A DNA stretch of 64,000 nt, from the NCBI GenBank assembly GCA_965248265.1, contig CBDFJF010000002.1:1760001-1824000 (forward strand), read 5' to 3'. The DNA is from Candidatus Latescibacterota bacterium. Lineage in GTDB: Bacteria; Latescibacterota; UBA2968; UBA8231. The position numbers were made by a program, and so were the translations under genes. Below the pieces are notes generated by a model. The model made no database searches. It was not told the DNA's origin and was given only the letters and a program-made list of their open reading frames with translations. The first letter of the stretch is position 1. Every line of letters starts with the position of its first letter. Positions 61,043-64,000 of the stretch are shown here, in pieces.

Positions 61043-63826
61043 TCAATAAGCGACGTGCACCAATCGATGGACCGAGGTGTTCTTCCTGGATGTCGAATCC
61101 ACATCCAGGTCGATGCGCATCAGATAGATCCCCGGTGGCACGATCGCTCCCGACTGATCAACTCCCGTCCACGCCACCGTATGACGACCCGCCGTTATGG
61201 TCTCCTCAGTTATCCGCGCCACCAGCCGGCCGCTCAGATCGTACACTTCCACCTGAACCGGCGTCGAAGCAAGCACCCGCATCAGCGAAAAACTGACCTC
61301 CAGCTCGTCGTTGATGCCGTCGCCATTGGGCGTGAACGCGCTATCGACCTGCAGATCCCCCAGCAGCTCGCCGCGCTCCAGCGCCAACACCACCGTCGTC
61401 TCGCTGTCCACAACCCCGTTGGCATCGCCGTCATCCGCCCGCTGCCACGAGTTCTCGAACTCCGAGTGCCCCATGGAGCCGATGAAAAACGTGTTGTACA
61501 CGAATATGGTCGCCTCGAACTGAAGCTCCACCAGCGCTGATCCACTCGTCGTCTTGATCGCAGCCGGCAGACGCACCCACAGCGAATCTGTCTCCATCAC
61601 CACCTCGAACCCCTCGCTGTCCGCCGTATACGTTACGGCTTCCTGCCCCGTCACATCTACACTCACCTGTCTCAGCGTCATGTCGACGCCGTCGGGCGCC
61701 TCGATGAGGATCTCGTCGAACCCCCTGCTGCCCGACTCGAAGGTCGAGCGGATGAAATACGACAGCTGCTGCTTCGTGCCGATCTCCTCCAGACGCGAGG
61801 GCAGCACCTCGCCCACGATCGTGCCGGCCACCGGCCTCACGAAGTTCAGCGCCACAGAACGCAGCGTGGCCGCTGCCATGGGATCTTCCGTCAGCAAGGT
61901 CGCCCTGATGGCGACGAACTTCCTGGGACTGGGCGAGGTGATCTTTTCGCCTGAATCGAAGTAGGGTTGACTCCAGCCACTCCAGTCACTGCCGGGGATC
62001 GACTCGGGTATGGCCGGGCCCACCGCAGCTTCCCCCCCGAACCACGTACTGTCCGATTTCCAGGCCGCGCGCGCATCCTCTTCGGTGCCCGGGTATTCAT
62101 CCCCGTTCTTCTTGTAGTAGCGGGTTATGCGCTCGACCGTATCGCCGGTTCGGGTTTGTAAGATGAGATTCGTACCCGGCGGCACGTCGGCCTCCCACTC
62201 GATGGAAGCCAGGTTCTGAGGGGTCTCCGCCAGCTCTATGAACGGGGACTCCCCTCCGAACTCAGACAAGATCTGCGACTCCGCCAGGAACCCTTCCCCG
62301 AAAAACTGGACCTCCGACAGCCCGAATGAGTCGGCGACAAACTCGGCCGACCCATCATTGGGCCACAATCGGTAGGTGAACGCGAAAAACTTTGCCTTGG
62401 TGAGCGGAAACTTGAAGTCGTTGTACCTCTCGCTGCTCGGACCCGAGCTAATGTTGAGACTTTTGACCGACCCCACAGTCTTCCAGGCCAGGCTGCCGCC
62501 GGCATTGGTGGAGCCGTCCGCGAGCTGGATTCTGTATTCGGGAAATGGACTGATCCACGTCGACCTGCCGAATATCTGCAGCACCCTGATATTGTCCAGA
62601 AAGAAAGCGCCGCCAAAATCTATGATCAGCTGGCGCTCGATATCCGCCGGCTCTGACGGCGGAAGAAAACTGGGGTTGAAGCCCCCTACGGCGGGCCAGT
62701 ACAGCACGTCACCGAAGTAGTCTCCGTCCACGACCGCGCCTTCAGCGCCGTTGTTGTCGACGCTCGTCACCCTGCCTCCCCGCGCAATTACTCCCGTACC
62801 GATGTTGTCGCCAATAGCCCAGACCTCGATCTCGGCCAGTCTGGGAACCTCGCGGCGGTAGTAGACTACCGGCCCCTGCCTCGCCGTACCCGCCAGGGCT
62901 TCCCAATCCTCCTTCCCCCCTCGCAGTAGCCTCTCCCTCCCGGAAGCGTCACGCCGGAAGTACTCTATGTCTCCCTGCCGGTCGGACGGCAGACTATCGT
63001 ATTCGGACTGGGAAACCTGCCTCGCCTTGCCGTAATCGCTGTCCGTGATCCCGACTCCGACGTACCGGATGATGTCGCCGGTGAAGTCGCCGGTTGTATT
63101 GGGCCACTTCGTCGCCGGCTGTTTGGTCAGATCGATCTCGATTACCCGCTCGTTCTTGATCGGTTTGTCCGTGGTGAAGCGGGTACGGAACAGACGCGGA
63201 CCGATGGTTTTTTCTCCCTGAGAGGTCGTCACCTTGAACTGCAGAAAAGGGTCTCCCAGCTCCTCCCCGACAAACTTGAGGACGATCTTGGTGGCAGATA
63301 CCGTCCGCCCCAGATCGATCTGCACCCACCAGTCTCCCAACAGATCGGACGTGTCCGGTCCCCAGTAGGTGTCCATCCTGCCATCCATGAGGTCGATGTC
63401 GCTCGGGCGATTGGATCCGGCAGCTAATATTCCGCCGCCGAATTCGGCCGCATTGAGGGCGGCGTTGATGCCGGGAACGACGACTCCCTCGCCATCTATC
63501 TCCAGGCTCGTGTGCTTGCGGATGAAGGCGGGCTTCACGCCCTCATCGCTGACCTGGACCGTGTTGGCAGCGGAGTGCCAGCGTTCCCAATGCTCCCTGG
63601 AATCGACGACCACCTTGCCTGACTCCAGCGAGTACCCCTCCTGTCCCCAGCACTGACCTACCGCCGACAACGTCAACGCGGAACAGATCAGTGCCGCGCG
63701 GCACAAGTCCGTTATCAGTTGAGCGTCGACCCATCCCGGCTCGCGGCGCTCACCTTGTGGCAACGTACTTACGCCGCGAGGCACTCGGGTTCTTATCGAG
63801 TTGAGCAAAAATGCCGATGAGCGCAC
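61043..63826 (-). CDS. Large secreted discoidin-like + FlgD ('FTPNGDG') protein
   Basis: SD + GTG; WVQIDLG, WSGWSQPY, FTPNGDGIND, PPGIY, ends VHVAY. Confidence 0.88.
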   Translation of the reverse strand: MRSSAFLLNSIRTRVPRGVSTLPQGERREPGWVDAQLITDLCRAALICSALTLSAVGQCWGQEGYSLESGKVVVDSREHWERWHSAANTVQVSDEGVKPAFIRKHTSLEIDGEGVVVPGINAALNAAEFGGGILAAGSNRPSDIDLMDGRMDTYWGPDTSDLLGDWWVQIDLGRTVSATKIVLKFVGEELGDPFLQFKVTTSQGEKTIGPRLFRTRFTTDKPIKNERVIEIDLTKQPATKWPNTTGDFTGDIIRYVGVGITDSDYGKARQVSQSEYDSLPSDRQGDIEYFRRDASGRERLLRGGKEDWEALAGTARQGPVVYYRREVPRLAEIEVWAIGDNIGTGVIARGGRVTSVDNNGAEGAVVDGDYFGDVLYWPAVGGFNPSFLPPSEPADIERQLIIDFGGAFFLDNIRVLQIFGRSTWISPFPEYRIQLADGSTNAGGSLAWKTVGSVKSLNISSGPSSERYNDFKFPLTKAKFFAFTYRLWPNDGSAEFVADSFGLSEVQFFGEGFLAESQILSEFGGESPFIELAETPQNLASIEWEADVPPGTNLILQTRTGDTVERITRYYKKNGDEYPGTEEDARAAWKSDSTWFGGEAAVGPAIPESIPGSDWSGWSQPYFDSGEKITSPSPRKFVAIRATLLTEDPMAAATLRSVALNFVRPVAGTIVGEVLPSRLEEIGTKQQLSYFIRSTFESGSRGFDEILIEAPDGVDMTLRQVSVDVTGQEAVTYTADSEGFEVVMETDSLWVRLPAAIKTTSGSALVELQFEATIFVYNTFFIGSMGHSEFENSWQRADDGDANGVVDSETTVVLALERGELLGDLQVDSAFTPNGDGINDELEVSFSLMRVLASTPVQVEVYDLSGRLVARITEETITAGRHTVAWTGVDQSGAIVPPGIYLMRIDLDVDSTSRKNTSVHRLVHVAY
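63695..63787. repeat. 93-bp in-frame insertion containing a hairpin
   Basis: 31 extra codons relative to the paralogue at 61023; CTCGCGGCG-N23-CGCCGCGAG at 63740-63780. Confidence 0.65.
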
Positions 63827-63859
63827 TTCTTTCTCCTTGCTTCGTGACAGCACCGCTAT

Positions 63860-64000
63860 TCAGTAGGCTACTGAAACGACGCCGCTGCTGGTCTCCTTCT
63901 CTGACTGCACGTCCACCACCAGCCGGTACAGATACAGCCCCGGCGGCACCAGGCCGTTCGAGTCGTCCCGGCCATCCCACGGGTGGCTGTACTCACCCAC
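63860..64000 (-). CDS. C-terminus of another FlgD-domain protein (partial, runs off the window)
   Basis: WDGRDDSNGLVPPGLYLYRL...VVSVAY*. Confidence 0.85.
   Translation of the reverse strand: MGEYSHPWDGRDDSNGLVPPGLYLYRLVVDVQSEKETSSGVVSVAY

Overview
GC-rich bacterial DNA. The gene content points by inference to an FCB-related candidate lineage such as Latescibacterota: DUF6785-type membrane proteins, FlgD/T9SS-like C-terminal domains, short W-G-x-I-K C-terminal tails, a sulfatase and several uncharacterised glycosidase-like proteins. I saw no rRNA, tRNA or CRISPR array. Main themes: (1) many exported proteins with three different C-terminal tags, two groups of them encoded next to their own predicted outer-membrane beta-barrel (a FlgD/'TPNGDG' paralogue array plus a ~900-aa barrel at 55.8-64 kb; a double beta-propeller protein plus a PorV-like barrel fused to transglutaminase-like and TPR regions at 25-30.7 kb), suggesting an uncharacterised T9SS-like surface-display system; (2) two paralogous genes sharing a promoter, a ~230-260 nt leader with conserved blocks, and a terminator; (3) extensive decay and rearrangement: internally deleted genes, a duplicated sulfatase 3' end, an inverted mosaic repeat, and remnants of IS110, a large serine recombinase and a group II intron. 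The rearrangements and frameshifts may be biological or assembly artefacts and need read-level checks. All family calls come from motif recognition by eye, not from database searches.
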